Notes: generated from the sequence alone by a model not told the origin. Counted from the stretch's first letter, positions 41,371-53,082 are shown. The stretch: 64,000 nt of DNA from Nautiliaceae bacterium (GCA_039831155.1 JBDONT010000043.1:32001-96000); one strand, 5' to 3'. Program-made: numbers and translations.

Positions 41371-42093
41371 TTATTCCTCTTTTTCCGGATTGACTGCTTT
41401 TGCTATTAAAATAGAAATTCCGTATAAAATTAAAAGTGGTACGGCCATTGCTATTTGAGAGAAAAGGTCAGGAGGTGTTAAAATCGCTGCAATAAAGAAA
41501 ATAATTACAACGGCATATCTTGAGAAATCTTTTAAAGTTTTATCGGTTACTAAGCCTAGTTTTGCCAAAAAGAACGTTACGACCGGCAATTCAAACGTAA
41601 TACCGAATCCTATCATTAATTTTAAAGCGACGCTCACATATTCGCTTATTTTAAGCATTGCTATCATATCGTTTCCACCGAAATTGATTAAAATTTTAAA
41701 CCCTACCGGGAAAATTACGTAATAAGCAAACGCCGCTCCTGTTAAAAACATTACGGTCCCAAAAAATACAAACGGAATTAACAGTTTTTTTTCGTGTTCA
41801 TACAATCCCGGAGCTATAAATTTCCATATTTGATATAAAGTTATCGGCAGAGTTGCAAATATAGCGGTATATAGAGCTATTTTTACTGCCGTTGCGAACG
41901 GTTCTATTATATTGGTAAAAATCATTTCTGACGTATTATTCATCTTTAACGCTTCCATTGCCGGCTTTGCAACCCATAAAAATATCTCTTTCCATTCTAT
42001 AAAAGCAATAATAAAAGCAATAAAAAAAGCAATTAGAATTTTTATTAATCTTTCTCTTAATTCGTATAAATGAGGTTTAATATCTTCAAGCAT
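41371..42093 (-). CDS. tatC: Twin-arginine translocase subunit TatC
   Basis: HLYELRERL, YQIWKFIAPGLYEHEK, FELP and AAILTPPD. Confidence 0.96.
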   Translation of the reverse strand: MLEDIKPHLYELRERLIKILIAFFIAFIIAFIEWKEIFLWVAKPAMEALKMNNTSEMIFTNIIEPFATAVKIALYTAIFATLPITLYQIWKFIAPGLYEHEKKLLIPFVFFGTVMFLTGAAFAYYVIFPVGFKILINFGGNDMIAMLKISEYVSVALKLMIGFGITFELPVVTFFLAKLGLVTDKTLKDFSRYAVVIIFFIAAILTPPDLFSQIAMAVPLLILYGISILIAKAVNPEKEE

Positions 42094-42301
42094 TTATTTC
42101 TTTTTCTTTAGGAGTTTCTTTTTTATTTTCGGCTTCTACTTTTTTAATATCCGCTTTATCAGCATTTTCTTCATCTTTTACGGCATCTTTGAAGTTTTTA
42201 ATACCTTTTCCAAGACCTTGAGCCAGTTCAGGGATTTTTTTACCTCCAAACAGTAGTAAAACAACAACTAAAATAGCTACGATTTGCCAAGTTCCTATCA
42301 T
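42086..42301 (-). CDS. tatA: Twin-arginine translocase TatA-family subunit
   Basis: TM helix then LLFGGKKIPELAQGLGKGIKNFK; start at ATG 42301. Confidence 0.9.
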   Translation of the reverse strand: MIGTWQIVAILVVVLLLFGGKKIPELAQGLGKGIKNFKDAVKDEENADKADIKKVEAENKKETPKEKEINA

Positions 42302-42392
42302 TTTCAATCCTTTTTTTAAGAATTTTAGCATAAATTTAAAAAATGGTGTTAAAGTTTGCTAAAATTTTGAGACTTTTTTTAAAGGATTGAGT

Positions 42393-43013
42393 ATGAAATT
42401 AGCTGTTTTTGATTTTGATTCAACTTTAATGGATGGAGAGACGATAGATTTTTTGGCGGAGCCTTTGGGACTTAAGGAAAAAGTAGCTTCCATTACCGAA
42501 ATGGCTATGAGAGGGGAGCTTGATTTTTTTGAGAGTCTTATTATGAGGGTAAAACTGCTTGAAGGTCTGGAAGAAAAAAAAGTAAATGAAATTTGTCATA
42601 ATCTTCCTCTAATGCCCGGGGCTAAAGAAATTGTAAATGAACTTAAAAAAAGGGGAGTTAGGGTTATATGTTTTAGTGGAGGTTTTAGAAACGCCACTTC
42701 TTATGTAAAAGATTTAATAGGGCTTGATGGAGATTTTAGTAACGTTTTGCACGCAAAAGACGGGATTTTAACGGGATTGGTCGGTGGAGAGATGATGTTT
42801 AGCCACTCAAAAGGCGATATGCTTAAGAGAATTCAGAATATTTTAGGTGTGAGTGAAGAGGATACTATGGTTGTAGGTGATGGGGCTAATGATTTGAGTA
42901 TGTTTAAATACGCAAAAACAAGAGTGGCTTTTTGTGCCAAGGAAGTTTTGAAAAAAGAAGCGAATATTATTATAGAGGAAAAAGACCTCACGAAAATTTT
43001 GGATTTTATATAG
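42393..43013 (+). CDS. serB: Phosphoserine phosphatase
   Basis: DFDSTL, AMRGELDF, SGGF and GDGANDLSM. Confidence 0.96.
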   Translation: MKLAVFDFDSTLMDGETIDFLAEPLGLKEKVASITEMAMRGELDFFESLIMRVKLLEGLEEKKVNEICHNLPLMPGAKEIVNELKKRGVRVICFSGGFRNATSYVKDLIGLDGDFSNVLHAKDGILTGLVGGEMMFSHSKGDMLKRIQNILGVSEEDTMVVGDGANDLSMFKYAKTRVAFCAKEVLKKEANIIIEEKDLTKILDFI

Positions 43014-43027
43014 TATAAGGAGAAATA

Positions 43028-43975
43028 ATGACTAGTATTTGGGTTGATTATTTAGACAGGGAATTTTTGAATACGACGTTTAAGGAGTGGGTTAAGAGCG
43101 GTCTTGTAAACGGACTTACCAGTAACCCGGCTATTTTTGCAAACGCACTTAAAAAAGATGTTTATAAAGATGATTTTGAGAGATTAAAAGGTAAAACTCC
43201 AAAAGAAATTTATGAAGAAATTGCAGTAAAAGACATTCAAAAAGCGTGTGATATACTTGAGCCTTTATATGATGAAGGAAACGACGGATATGCGAGTATC
43301 GAAGTTGACCCAAGACTTATTAACGATACAAAAGGCACTATAGATGAAGCTTTAAGACTTGTGGATAAAATTGAAAGAGATAATCTGATGATTAAAATTC
43401 CGGCAAACGAAGCTGGGATAAAAGCTATGGAAGAGCTTGCAAAAAGAGGAATAAATATAAACGCTACACTTGTATTTTCTCCGAATCAGGCAATGCAGGC
43501 GGCTGAAGCGATTGCTAAGGGTCCAAGAACGATTGACGGGGTTATTTCTGTGTTTGTAAGTAGATTCGATAGAAAATTGAATCCTCTGCTTAAAGAGAAA
43601 AATTTAGCTAAAGATAGAGTAGGGTTTTTTAACGCTATAAAAATTTACAATCAGATTGAAGAGATGAAAATGCCAAACATTAGAACTCTTTTTGCGTCAA
43701 CCGGAGTTAAACAAGACTATTTACCGAAAGATTATTATGTGCAAAATCTATATCTTCCTCATTCGGTGCTTACTTTGCCGCTTGATGTAATTGAGGTTAT
43801 TAAAGATAAAGAAATGGAAGAGTCGTTTCATTTTCAGACAAAACATATTGACGGATTTTTCAGTTTCTTAACGCCGGCTGGAATAAATATGCAAAAAATT
43901 TATCAAGAGCTTTTTGATGAAGGTGTTGAAGCGTTTGAAAAAGCATTTGAAGAGATGTTAAAAACTATAAAATAA
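43028..43975 (+). CDS. tal: Transaldolase
   Basis: GLTSNPAIF, SIEVDP, MIKIPA, NINATLVFS, SVFVSRFDR and LFASTGVK. Confidence 0.95.
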   Translation: MTSIWVDYLDREFLNTTFKEWVKSGLVNGLTSNPAIFANALKKDVYKDDFERLKGKTPKEIYEEIAVKDIQKACDILEPLYDEGNDGYASIEVDPRLINDTKGTIDEALRLVDKIERDNLMIKIPANEAGIKAMEELAKRGININATLVFSPNQAMQAAEAIAKGPRTIDGVISVFVSRFDRKLNPLLKEKNLAKDRVGFFNAIKIYNQIEEMKMPNIRTLFASTGVKQDYLPKDYYVQNLYLPHSVLTLPLDVIEVIKDKEMEESFHFQTKHIDGFFSFLTPAGINMQKIYQELFDEGVEAFEKAFEEMLKTIK

Positions 43976-43988
43976 AAAGGGGAACGAT

Positions 43989-45110
43989 ATGACAAGACAG
44001 GATTTGAATAAATATTTAACGGCTTTAATTAAATATGAGGGTAGTGACTTGCATATTAAATCCGGAAACGGAATTAAAGCCAGAATTCAAGGTAAACTTG
44101 TAACGATGGAAGCTCCTTTTTTGAAAAAAGAAGACGTTTTGAACTTGATTAAAGAGATACTTCCTTCAAGATATGAAGAGTTTTTAAAAAATAAAGAGCT
44201 TGACTTTAACTATAAATTAAATGATGATTATAGATTTAGGGGAAATGCGTTTTTTCAGATTGAAGGTCCTTCGCTGGTTTTTAGGGTGATTCCTACTAAA
44301 ATTCCGTCTTTGGACGAGTTGAAACTTCCGAAGGTTATGCATAGATTTGCGGAGGTTGAAAGAGGTCTTGTTTTGGTAACAGGGGTTACGGGTAGTGGTA
44401 AATCTACAACCCTTGCCGCTATAATTAACGAAATAAATATGAATAAGCCTAAACATATAATTACTATAGAAGACCCGGTTGAGTTTGTACATAAAGATAA
44501 AAAATGCTTAATAAACCAAAGAAGTTTAGGGGATGATACGTTGAGTTTTTCTAGAGCCCTTAGAGCTGCACTTAGGGAAGACCCGGATATTATACTTGTG
44601 GGTGAGATGAGGGATAGAGAGACTATTGAAATCGCACTTCACGCAGCAGAAACGGGACATTTGGTTTTTTCTACTTTGCATACGCTTGATTCGAAAGAGA
44701 CTATTAATAGAATTATCGGAGTCTTTCCGGTTGAAGAACAAGATAGAATAAGAATGGTATTAGGTTCTATTTTAGAGGGGGTAATAGCTCAAAGGCTGGT
44801 TCCGACGGTTGACGGTAAAAGAACTGCTGCTATGGAGATTCTGATAAGAACTCCTAGAATTAAAGATTTGATTTTACAAAATAGGGATAACGAATTAAAA
44901 GATGTTTTGGAGGAGAGTAAAAAGACTTACGGTACTCAAAGTTTTGACCAACATTTGGTCGATTTGGTATTACAAGGAAGAGTTGCGGAAGAAGTGGCAC
45001 TTGATTACGCTACAAGTAAAGACGACTTTAAACTTAAACTTAAAAAAGCTAAGCTTGAGAGTGGGGTTGAAGTTGTTGAAGAGTCTAAAATCGGACTTAA
45101 AGATAGTTGA
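43989..45110 (+). CDS. Second PilT/PilU-family retraction ATPase
   Basis: GSDLH, GVTGSGKSTTLAA, TIEDPVE, LREDPDIILVGEMRD and STLHT; lacks AIRNLIRE (has RIKDLIL). Confidence 0.92.
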   Translation: MTRQDLNKYLTALIKYEGSDLHIKSGNGIKARIQGKLVTMEAPFLKKEDVLNLIKEILPSRYEEFLKNKELDFNYKLNDDYRFRGNAFFQIEGPSLVFRVIPTKIPSLDELKLPKVMHRFAEVERGLVLVTGVTGSGKSTTLAAIINEINMNKPKHIITIEDPVEFVHKDKKCLINQRSLGDDTLSFSRALRAALREDPDIILVGEMRDRETIEIALHAAETGHLVFSTLHTLDSKETINRIIGVFPVEEQDRIRMVLGSILEGVIAQRLVPTVDGKRTAAMEILIRTPRIKDLILQNRDNELKDVLEESKKTYGTQSFDQHLVDLVLQGRVAEEVALDYATSKDDFKLKLKKAKLESGVEVVEESKIGLKDS

Positions 45111-45163
45111 AAATAAATTTTTTTTGGATATAATTTCAATTCTAAAAAACAAAAGGAGACAAT

Positions 45164-45700
45164 ATGCTTGAAGGAATAATCAGAGAGAGTACTTCTAAAG
45201 CTGCAACTAAAAAGCTTAGAAGAGATGGTTATCTGATTGCAAATATTTACGGAAAAGGTCAAGAAAACGTAAATGCTGCATTCAAAATGGGAGATTTCTT
45301 AAAATATTTAAGAAACAAAGAACATCTAGTATTTCCGGTAAAAGTTGGAGATAAAGAATACAAAGTAGTTGTACAAGAGTATCAAAAAGACCCGGTAACC
45401 GGTGAACTTTTACATGTTGATTTACTTATGGCTCAAGACGGTGTAAAATCTTATTATCACGTTCCTATTAAAGTTAAAGGAACTCCAATCGGACTTAAAA
45501 ACAAAGGTGTTTTAATTTACCACAGAAGAAGAATTAAAGTAAAAGCGGCACCTGAGAATTTACCTGATTTCTTTGAATTAGATGTAAGCAACCTTGATGT
45601 AGGTGATAACATTTTAATTAGAGATATCGAAATGCCAGAAGGAGTTGAGTGCTATCTAAATCCATCTATTCCGGTAGTAGGTGTGATTAAGGCTAAATAA
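45164..45700 (+). CDS. rplY: 50S ribosomal protein L25/Ctc
   Basis: [29 protein letters not shown] and LDVGD. Confidence 0.95.
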   Translation: MLEGIIRESTSKAATKKLRRDGYLIANIYGKGQENVNAAFKMGDFLKYLRNKEHLVFPVKVGDKEYKVVVQEYQKDPVTGELLHVDLLMAQDGVKSYYHVPIKVKGTPIGLKNKGVLIYHRRRIKVKAAPENLPDFFELDVSNLDVGDNILIRDIEMPEGVECYLNPSIPVVGVIKAK

Positions 45701-45736
45701 CACTCCTCTTTCTTTTTTTTATTTATTGGAGGATAT

Positions 45737-46276
45737 ATGAAATTAATTGTTGGACTGGGAAATCCGGGTAAAAAGTATGAATTAAATAGACATAATGTCG
45801 GATTTTTGGCAGTAGATTATTTAATTGATGTTTTTAACGCTTCTAAAATAAATTCTTCTTTTAAAGGTGAGCTTTTTAAATCCAAAGATTGTCTTTTTTT
45901 AAAGCCTACGACTTTTATGAATTTAAGTGGTGAGAGTGTTGTTTTGGTTAAAAACTATTATAAAATCGATAATGAAGACATTATAGTCATTCACGATGAT
46001 ATCGATTTAAAACTAGGTGCTTTAAAGTTTAAAAGAGGTGGAAGCAGTGGTGGTCACAACGGTTTAAAATCTATAGATAAACATATAGGAAACGATTATT
46101 ACAGAGTAAGAGTAGGTGTCGGAAGACCGGAAAAAAAAGAAGATGTCGTTAATTACGTTTTAAATGATTTTAGTGAAGATGAGTTTGAGTGTATAAAATC
46201 ACTTTTTCCTAAGATAGAAAAAGCCGTACAAGATATAAAAAACGCTCCTAGCAGATATTCTCAAAAAGAGTGTTAG
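45737..46276 (+). CDS. pth: Peptidyl-tRNA hydrolase
   Basis: LIVGLGNPG, RHNVGF, KPTTFMNLSG and GGHNGLKS. Confidence 0.97.
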   Translation: MKLIVGLGNPGKKYELNRHNVGFLAVDYLIDVFNASKINSSFKGELFKSKDCLFLKPTTFMNLSGESVVLVKNYYKIDNEDIIVIHDDIDLKLGALKFKRGGSSGGHNGLKSIDKHIGNDYYRVRVGVGRPEKKEDVVNYVLNDFSEDEFECIKSLFPKIEKAVQDIKNAPSRYSQKEC

Positions 46277-47293
46277 GTGTATGTTTTTTATATCGCTTTT
46301 AAATATTTAAAAAATTTTGTTTTTATTCTTCTTTCACTTAGTGCTTTTTATGTTATTATAGATTTAATAGCCAATTTTCAAAAACTTCCTTCGTCTTCAA
46401 ACCTTGTAGTGCTTTATATTTATTATATTTTGCTTTATAGTTTCGATATGTTTTACTCTTTGGCGTTGGTATTTGCTTTTTTGCTTACTCTTTATCATAT
46501 GATAAAGTTTAACGAGTTTGTGAGCTTTTACTCTTTAGGCTTTAGTATTAAAAAAATTTTAAAGCCATTTTTAATGGTGGGTGGGATTGTTTTTATTCTC
46601 TTTTTAATGTTTGAATCTACAAAATTCGCTTATTTTAGAGAGTATGCAAATGCGATTTTAAGCAACAAGCAGTATGTAGATTCCGATTTATTTGTAAAAT
46701 GTAAAGATAGAGTCGTATTTATGAAAAAATTAAATCCTCTTATAAAAACTGCTTACGATATTAAGGTGTTTTATTTAAAGGATTTTAAAGTTTACAAAAT
46801 TTTAGTGGCTAGAGAGGCTAAATTTAAAGATGATGTTTGGGAAGTGAAAAAAGCTTATATCAGTTTTATTACTCCAAATAGAGTGTATCATTATGTAAAA
46901 AATGTAAAAATTTTAAAAGATTTTAAGCCCAAAATTATTTCCAATTTAAAACAGTTAAATTCGATATCTTTGTATGATGCTATTTTAGCGATTAAAATTT
47001 TTAAAGACGTAAACGTAAGTATTCTTTTTAGTATAGTTTTGTTTAAGGTTTTCAGTGCCCTTAGTATGATATGTTTGATTGTTATATTTTTGATTTTATC
47101 GCCAATTCATCCGAGAGTAGCGAATGTTTCGTTTTTTTTGGTAAAATCCGTACTTTTTACGATTTTGCTTTGGGGAAGTGAGCTTATGATTTTTAAGTTC
47201 GCAAAACAGGGCGTTTTAAATCCTTATGTGTTGATACTTCCTTTTTTAGTGGTATGTGGTTATTCAATTTATCTATTTTATAAGGAGAAATAA
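46277..47293 (+). CDS. LptF/LptG-family LPS export permease
   Basis: 3+3 TM helices around a periplasmic domain; NEFVSFYSLG motif; conserved pth-lptG-lysA order. Confidence 0.85.
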   Translation: MYVFYIAFKYLKNFVFILLSLSAFYVIIDLIANFQKLPSSSNLVVLYIYYILLYSFDMFYSLALVFAFLLTLYHMIKFNEFVSFYSLGFSIKKILKPFLMVGGIVFILFLMFESTKFAYFREYANAILSNKQYVDSDLFVKCKDRVVFMKKLNPLIKTAYDIKVFYLKDFKVYKILVAREAKFKDDVWEVKKAYISFITPNRVYHYVKNVKILKDFKPKIISNLKQLNSISLYDAILAIKIFKDVNVSILFSIVLFKVFSALSMICLIVIFLILSPIHPRVANVSFFLVKSVLFTILLWGSELMIFKFAKQGVLNPYVLILPFLVVCGYSIYLFYKEK

Positions 47294-48498
47294 TGGATTT
47301 TAAAAAGTTAGCACAAAAATACGGGACACCTCTTTATGTGTATGATTTTAATCATTTTGAAAATCAGTTTAATGATCTTAAAAAAGCTTTTAAAGGAAGA
47401 AAGAGTATAATCTCTTATGCCGTAAAAGCCAATTCCAATTTAAGCGTAATTAAAAAATTTGCAACTCTTGGAAGTGGGGCTGATTGTGTAAGTATAGGGG
47501 AAGTAAAAAGAGCGTTACTTGCCGGGGTTGATAAGTATAAAATTATTTTCAGTGGTGTTGGAAAAAGGGACGATGAAATAGAAGAGGCGTTAAAGCTAGA
47601 TATTTTAATGATAAACGTAGAGAGTGAAGCCGAACTTCAAAGAGTGGCTGAAATAGCGGAAAAACTAGGGGTTGTAGCTAGAATTTCTATAAGGGTTAAT
47701 CCTAATATCGACCCGAAAACCCATCCTTACATTTCAACTGGACTTCACGAAAACAAATTCGGAGTTGATATAGAAACTGCTAAAAAGATGTATCTTTTTG
47801 CTAAAAATCATAACTCTTTAAATCCGGTGGGAATTCATTTTCATATAGGTAGTCAATTAACGGACCTTAACCCTATTCGTGAGGCTTCTCAAATAGTCGC
47901 GGACCTTGTGAGAAGTTTAAAAGCTATAAATATCGATATTAAGTTTTTTGATGTAGGCGGGGGTCTTGGGATCAGATATAAAGATGAAGAAACTATAAAA
48001 CCTTATGATTATGCTCAAGCTATTTTATCCACTTTATCGGGACTTGACGTTACTATAGTTTGCGAACCGGGAAGATTTCTTGTAGGAAACGGCGGATGGT
48101 TTTTAACAAGCGTTTTATATGAAAAAATAAACGGAGATAAGAGATTTGTGATAGTTGACGGGGCTATGAACGATTTAATAAGACCAAGTCTATATAACGC
48201 TTATCACAAAATAGAAGTTTTAAGTAGTGTAGAAAATCCTAAAATCTCAAAAGCCAATCTAGTGGGGCCTATTTGTGAGAGTGGTGACTTTTTTGCAAAA
48301 GATGTGGATATTCCTCAAACAAATTCTAAAGATTTGGTAATTATCCACAGTGCAGGGGCTTATGGATTTACAATGAGTAGTAACTATAACACCCGTCCTC
48401 GTCCGGCTGAAATTGCAGTGGAAAACGGTGAAGATAGAATTATAAGAAGAAGAGAGACTTTTGAAGATTTGATAGCTTGTGAGGTAGATTATCTGTAA
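47293..48498 (+). CDS. lysA: Diaminopimelate decarboxylase
   Basis: YGTPLYVYD, YAVKANSN, HFHIGSQ, EPGR, GPICESGD and GAYG.MSSNYN. Confidence 0.97.
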   Translation: MDFKKLAQKYGTPLYVYDFNHFENQFNDLKKAFKGRKSIISYAVKANSNLSVIKKFATLGSGADCVSIGEVKRALLAGVDKYKIIFSGVGKRDDEIEEALKLDILMINVESEAELQRVAEIAEKLGVVARISIRVNPNIDPKTHPYISTGLHENKFGVDIETAKKMYLFAKNHNSLNPVGIHFHIGSQLTDLNPIREASQIVADLVRSLKAINIDIKFFDVGGGLGIRYKDEETIKPYDYAQAILSTLSGLDVTIVCEPGRFLVGNGGWFLTSVLYEKINGDKRFVIVDGAMNDLIRPSLYNAYHKIEVLSSVENPKISKANLVGPICESGDFFAKDVDIPQTNSKDLVIIHSAGAYGFTMSSNYNTRPRPAEIAVENGEDRIIRRRETFEDLIACEVDYL

Positions 48499-48507
48499 GG
48501 AAAAAGA

Positions 48508-49275
48508 GTGAGAGGGTTTTTTATCGATGTTCAGGGGACTTTGATAGACGATAAGAACTTTTTGCCCTTAAAAGGAAGCAGGGAGTTTTTGGAGTATTTA
48601 AACAAAAACTCTATTCCTTTTATTTTAATTACCAACAACACTAAAAGAGATTCGAACGAATTTAAAAGTTACCTTAAAAGTTTAGGATTTGAATTTAAAT
48701 ATTATCTTGACCCTTTGATGGTTTTGGATGAGGTTTTGGATACAAAAACAATAGCACCTTTTGGTGTTGATAGATTTTTAGAGGTTTTAAAGAAAAAGGG
48801 GTATGAGTTTGATTATAAAAATGCAAAGTCGGTTGTGCTGGGAATTAAGCTTTATTCGAATGAAGAGTTTAGTGAAATTATAGAGCTTTTGTTAAACGGA
48901 GCCGATTTAATAGGAATGCATAAAACTTCTTTGTATCATAAAGACAATAAACGATATCCTGGGCTTGGGGCTATTTTGGAGATGTTAAAATACGCAACGG
49001 CAAAAGAGTATGAGGTAATAGGTAAGCCTAGTAGAAGATTTTTTGAAAAAGCAAGGGATATTTTGGGGTTAAATTTTGATAAAATTACTATTATTAGTGA
49101 TGATTTAATAGGAGACTTATTACCGGCAAAAGAGCTTGGAATGAAGAGTGTTTTGGTGTTGAGTGGAAAAATTAAAAGTAAAAAAGAGATAACTAAAAAA
49201 CCGGATTTGGTGGTTAAGGATTTGGAAGAATTATTAAATTGGAGTGAAAATGGAAAAAGAGTTACTAAAGCTTAG
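48508..49275 (+). CDS. HAD-IIA family hydrolase
   Basis: DVQGTL, ITNN, IGKPS and SDD...D. Confidence 0.88.
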   Translation: MRGFFIDVQGTLIDDKNFLPLKGSREFLEYLNKNSIPFILITNNTKRDSNEFKSYLKSLGFEFKYYLDPLMVLDEVLDTKTIAPFGVDRFLEVLKKKGYEFDYKNAKSVVLGIKLYSNEEFSEIIELLLNGADLIGMHKTSLYHKDNKRYPGLGAILEMLKYATAKEYEVIGKPSRRFFEKARDILGLNFDKITIISDDLIGDLLPAKELGMKSVLVLSGKIKSKKEITKKPDLVVKDLEELLNWSENGKRVTKA

Positions 49276-50317
49276 AAAAGAAATTGATAATATAGATAAT
49301 GAAATATTAAGACTTCTTAATAAAAGAATGGAGATTGTTAAAAAGGTAGGAGAGTTGAAAAACAACACAAACGCTCCTATCTACAGACCGGAAAGAGAAA
49401 GAGAAATTATAGAACGTCTAACGAAACTAAGTAAAGAACAAAACGGGATTTTGGGTTATGAAGAAATTGAAGCTATTTTTTTGGAAATTTTTGCAATAAG
49501 CAGAACGCTTGAGAGAAAAGAGAGAATAGCGTTTTTAGGACCTATAGGGACTTACACTCACCAGGCTGCAGAGTCTAGATTCGGGGCGAATGCTAGATAT
49601 TTGCCTCTTTTAAATATAGAAGCCGTATTTAAATCGGTAGCTAATAAAGAATCAAAATACGGTGTTGTGCCTATTGAGAATAACACTGAAGGGGTTGTTG
49701 GAATTACCCTTGATTCTTTAAAAAAATACAACGTAAAAATAGTAGCTGAAATTTGTATGGATATTCATCACTCTTTTGCTTCTTATCAGGATGATTTAAG
49801 TAAAATAAAAAGAATCTACTCTCATCCTCAAGGGTATAACCAGTGTATAAACTTTTTAGAAACTCATTCGCTGCTTGATGTTGAATTCATACCTACCGAA
49901 TCCACGGCAAGAGCGGCTCAACTTGCTGCAGAAGATAAAGAGAGTGGAGCTATATGTTCGAAAATAGCAGCTAAGCTTTATAACGTACCTCTTTTGTTTG
50001 AAAAAATTGAAGACAATCTTGCAAACAGAACCAGATTTATTGTAATAAGCGATTTTAAAACCCAAAAATCCGGAAAAGACAAAACAAGCGTAATAGCAAA
50101 AACCTCTCATAAATCGGGGGCTTTGTTTGAGCTTTTGAAAAAATTTAAAGAAAGGGATATAAACCTTTTAAAAATAGAGTCCCGTCCGAATAAAGACGAT
50201 ACTTTTAATACGTGGTTTTATATAGATTTTGAAGGGCATATTGATGATAAAAAAGTTCAAGAAATTGTGGATATGGAAAATATGATTTGGCTTGGAAGTT
50301 ATTTAAGAGATTGTTAA
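49250..50317 (+). CDS. pheA: Chorismate mutase/prephenate dehydratase
   Basis: LRKEIDNID CM domain, GVVPIENN, SHPQ, NRTRF and ACT-domain IESRP. Confidence 0.95.
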   Translation: MEKELLKLRKEIDNIDNEILRLLNKRMEIVKKVGELKNNTNAPIYRPEREREIIERLTKLSKEQNGILGYEEIEAIFLEIFAISRTLERKERIAFLGPIGTYTHQAAESRFGANARYLPLLNIEAVFKSVANKESKYGVVPIENNTEGVVGITLDSLKKYNVKIVAEICMDIHHSFASYQDDLSKIKRIYSHPQGYNQCINFLETHSLLDVEFIPTESTARAAQLAAEDKESGAICSKIAAKLYNVPLLFEKIEDNLANRTRFIVISDFKTQKSGKDKTSVIAKTSHKSGALFELLKKFKERDINLLKIESRPNKDDTFNTWFYIDFEGHIDDKKVQEIVDMENMIWLGSYLRDC

Positions 50318-50326
50318 GGAGAATTT

Positions 50327-51400
50327 ATGTTTGAGAAATTGAAAAATTTAAAAACTTACGAAGCCGGTAAGCCTATAGAGCTTGTAGTAAGAGAATACGG
50401 AATTAAACCGGAGGATATAATTAAACTTGCCAGTAATGAAAACCCATACGGACCCAGCTCTAAAGCTATACAAAAAGTTAAAGAAATAGCAAACCAAATG
50501 CATAGGTATCCGGATGACAGTTTTTTTGAGTTAAAGGATGCTTTGAGCGAAAAATTTGATATTAAAAATTCAAATATTATAATCGGTGCGGGAAGCGATC
50601 AGGTTTTGGAGTTTGCAGTTCACGCCGTTAATCCCAAAAAGGTTTTAATGGCAGGAATTACGTTTGCTATGTATGAGATATATTCAAAACACGTAGGGGC
50701 TCAAATTTTAAAAACTCCTTCAAACAGTCATAATTTAGATGAGTTTAGAGAAATTTATAAAAAAGCAAAACCTCAAATTATTTTTCTTTGTGTGCCTAAT
50801 AATCCTCTTGGGGAGTGTTTGGATAGTAAAGATGTTTTTGAGTTTTTGGATGAAATTGACGAAGATACTTTGGTAATAGTTGACGGGGCTTATCAGGAGT
50901 TTGCTTCTTATAAAGATAAAAATAAAGAAATTAAACCAAAAGATATCCTAAAATACCCGAACGTTCTTTATACCGGGACTTTTTCCAAAGCGTACGGGCT
51001 TGGAGGAATGAGAGTGGGGTATGGTATAGCAAACGAATATATCATAAAAAACCTTCATAAGTTAAGACCTCCTTTTAATATCACGACTCTTAGTTTGGCA
51101 GCTGCTATTGAAGCTTTAAAAGATGAAGAATTCGTAAAAATGGGAATAAAAAAGAATTTTGAAGAGATGCAAAAGTATGTGGAGTTTGCAAAAGAAAACT
51201 CTCTTTCTTATATTGAGAGTTATACGAATTTTATTGTTTTATATATAAAAAATTCAACTAAAATCGCTCAAAATCTTTTAAAAAAAGGTATAATTGTAAG
51301 AGATATGGCAAGCTACGGCTTTGATGCTTTACGTATTACGATAGGAACTCCTACTCAAAACGACATAGTATTAAAAACTCTAAAAGGTATGATTAGTTGA
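50327..51400 (+). CDS. hisC: Histidinol-phosphate aminotransferase
   Basis: [17 protein letters not shown] and [15 protein letters not shown]. Confidence 0.95.
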   Translation: MFEKLKNLKTYEAGKPIELVVREYGIKPEDIIKLASNENPYGPSSKAIQKVKEIANQMHRYPDDSFFELKDALSEKFDIKNSNIIIGAGSDQVLEFAVHAVNPKKVLMAGITFAMYEIYSKHVGAQILKTPSNSHNLDEFREIYKKAKPQIIFLCVPNNPLGECLDSKDVFEFLDEIDEDTLVIVDGAYQEFASYKDKNKEIKPKDILKYPNVLYTGTFSKAYGLGGMRVGYGIANEYIIKNLHKLRPPFNITTLSLAAAIEALKDEEFVKMGIKKNFEEMQKYVEFAKENSLSYIESYTNFIVLYIKNSTKIAQNLLKKGIIVRDMASYGFDALRITIGTPTQNDIVLKTLKGMIS

Positions 51401-53082
51401 ATTTTGAAGAGCTTTTTAAGCAGTTAATAGCTTTTTCTAAAAAGCTGAATAAAAAACAAAAAATGGTTATAGTAGGCTCGGTTGTAGCCTTTATAGCCGT
51501 TTTGTCTTTTTTAGTTGTATTTAACTCTTCTTCAAATAAGGTAGATAACAATTACGCTATTTTATTTGATAACTTATCTCCAAAAGACGCCGCTTTAATC
51601 GTTCAGTATTTAGATAAAAAACAGATTCCTTATAAAATTCCGCAGGACGGGGTAATAGAAGTTCCAAAAGATGTGGTTCAAAAAGTAAGAATTGACGTAG
51701 CGGCCCAGGGACTTCCAAAGTCCAGTAAAGTTGGATTTGAGTTATTTGATAAGAGTAGCTTTGGTGCTACCGATTTTGAACAAAGAGTCAAATATTTAAG
51801 AGCACTTGAGGGTGAACTTAGTAAAACCATAGAATCGTTAAATGCAGTTGAGAGTGCTACTGTGAATATAGCTATTCCAAAAGAGAGTGTATTTGTGGAT
51901 AAACAAACCCCTCCTACAGCTTCTGTGGTTATAAAGCTAAAACCGAATATGATTTTAACACCAAAGCAGATAAGGGGGATTAAAAATTTAATTGCCGCTG
52001 CCGTGCCTAAAATGAAGCCGGAGAATGTAAAAATTATAGACCAGTACGGAAATTTACTGGGGGAGAATGACGAACTTACTCAAAATAACGAGCTTTTAAA
52101 AGCTGAAATCACTTATAAAAAAAGAATGGAAAAAGCCTTAGAGGATAAAATAACTTCTATTTTAGCACCTATTGTCGGAGGAAAAAATAAAGTTGTTGCA
52201 AAAGTAAACTTAGATATAGATTTTTCCCAGGTAAAATCGAAATCAACTATTTATTCCCCGGATAACGTTGTAAGAAGTGAACAGACTTTAGAAGAGAGTA
52301 GAATAGGTTATAAACCTAAAGAAGTGGGAGGAGTCCCGGGAGCTGTGAGTAACATAGGTCCCGTTCAGGGGATGAAGTCCCAACAGATAAAAGATAAATA
52401 CACAAAAAGCGAAACCACTACAAATTATGAAATTTCAACAACCGTTAAAGATGTAAAAGAACCTCTTGCGAAAATTAAAAGAATTACGGCTGCAGTTGTA
52501 GTTGACGGTCATTATAAAATTACGAAAGACGGGAAAAAAGAGTTTGTGCCTTTGAGTGAATTGGAACTTAAAAATATAGAAAACTTAGTAAAAAACACAA
52601 TTGGATTTAATTCCAAAAGAGGTGATAGCGTGAGTGTTAGTAGCTTCCAGTTTAGTGGAGAAATGGCTACTAGTGCTCCGATTACACCGGTAGGAAGAAT
52701 TATGCAGACAATTGATATGTATTTAGGACCTTTTAGCGGATTTTTTAAATATCTCTTTTTGGCGATAGTTCTTTTTGTTTTTTACAAAAAGGTAATAACT
52801 CCGTTTACTCAAAAGATGTTGGAGGTTAAAGTTGCTGAAGAAGAAGAGTTTAAAAAGCCGGAAGTTGTTATTGACGAAGAGGAAGTTGAGTCAACTTATG
52901 ATAAAATAAAAGAATTAAAAGAAAAAGTCGAACAGCAATTAGGAATTAGCAGTGACGTAAATGAAGAAGAGCTTAAATATGAAGTTTTACTTGAGAGAAT
53001 TGTAAAAATGGCTGAAGAGAAACCCGAAGAAATTGCTAAAGTTTTAGAAAACTTAATAAAAGAAGATACTCATGAGACATAA
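51397..53082 (+). CDS. fliF: Flagellar MS-ring protein
   Basis: [31 protein letters not shown] and RGDSVSV. Confidence 0.96.
   Translation: MNFEELFKQLIAFSKKLNKKQKMVIVGSVVAFIAVLSFLVVFNSSSNKVDNNYAILFDNLSPKDAALIVQYLDKKQIPYKIPQDGVIEVPKDVVQKVRIDVAAQGLPKSSKVGFELFDKSSFGATDFEQRVKYLRALEGELSKTIESLNAVESATVNIAIPKESVFVDKQTPPTASVVIKLKPNMILTPKQIRGIKNLIAAAVPKMKPENVKIIDQYGNLLGENDELTQNNELLKAEITYKKRMEKALEDKITSILAPIVGGKNKVVAKVNLDIDFSQVKSKSTIYSPDNVVRSEQTLEESRIGYKPKEVGGVPGAVSNIGPVQGMKSQQIKDKYTKSETTTNYEISTTVKDVKEPLAKIKRITAAVVVDGHYKITKDGKKEFVPLSELELKNIENLVKNTIGFNSKRGDSVSVSSFQFSGEMATSAPITPVGRIMQTIDMYLGPFSGFFKYLFLAIVLFVFYKKVITPFTQKMLEVKVAEEEEFKKPEVVIDEEEVESTYDKIKELKEKVEQQLGISSDVNEEELKYEVLLERIVKMAEEKPEEIAKVLENLIKEDTHET

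Noticed and set aside
10069..44416. Identical 26-nt stretch (ggtagtggtaaatctacaacccttgc) in pilT and the pilU-like gene
   Set aside because: Encodes the conserved Walker A motif; explained by protein constraint and codon bias
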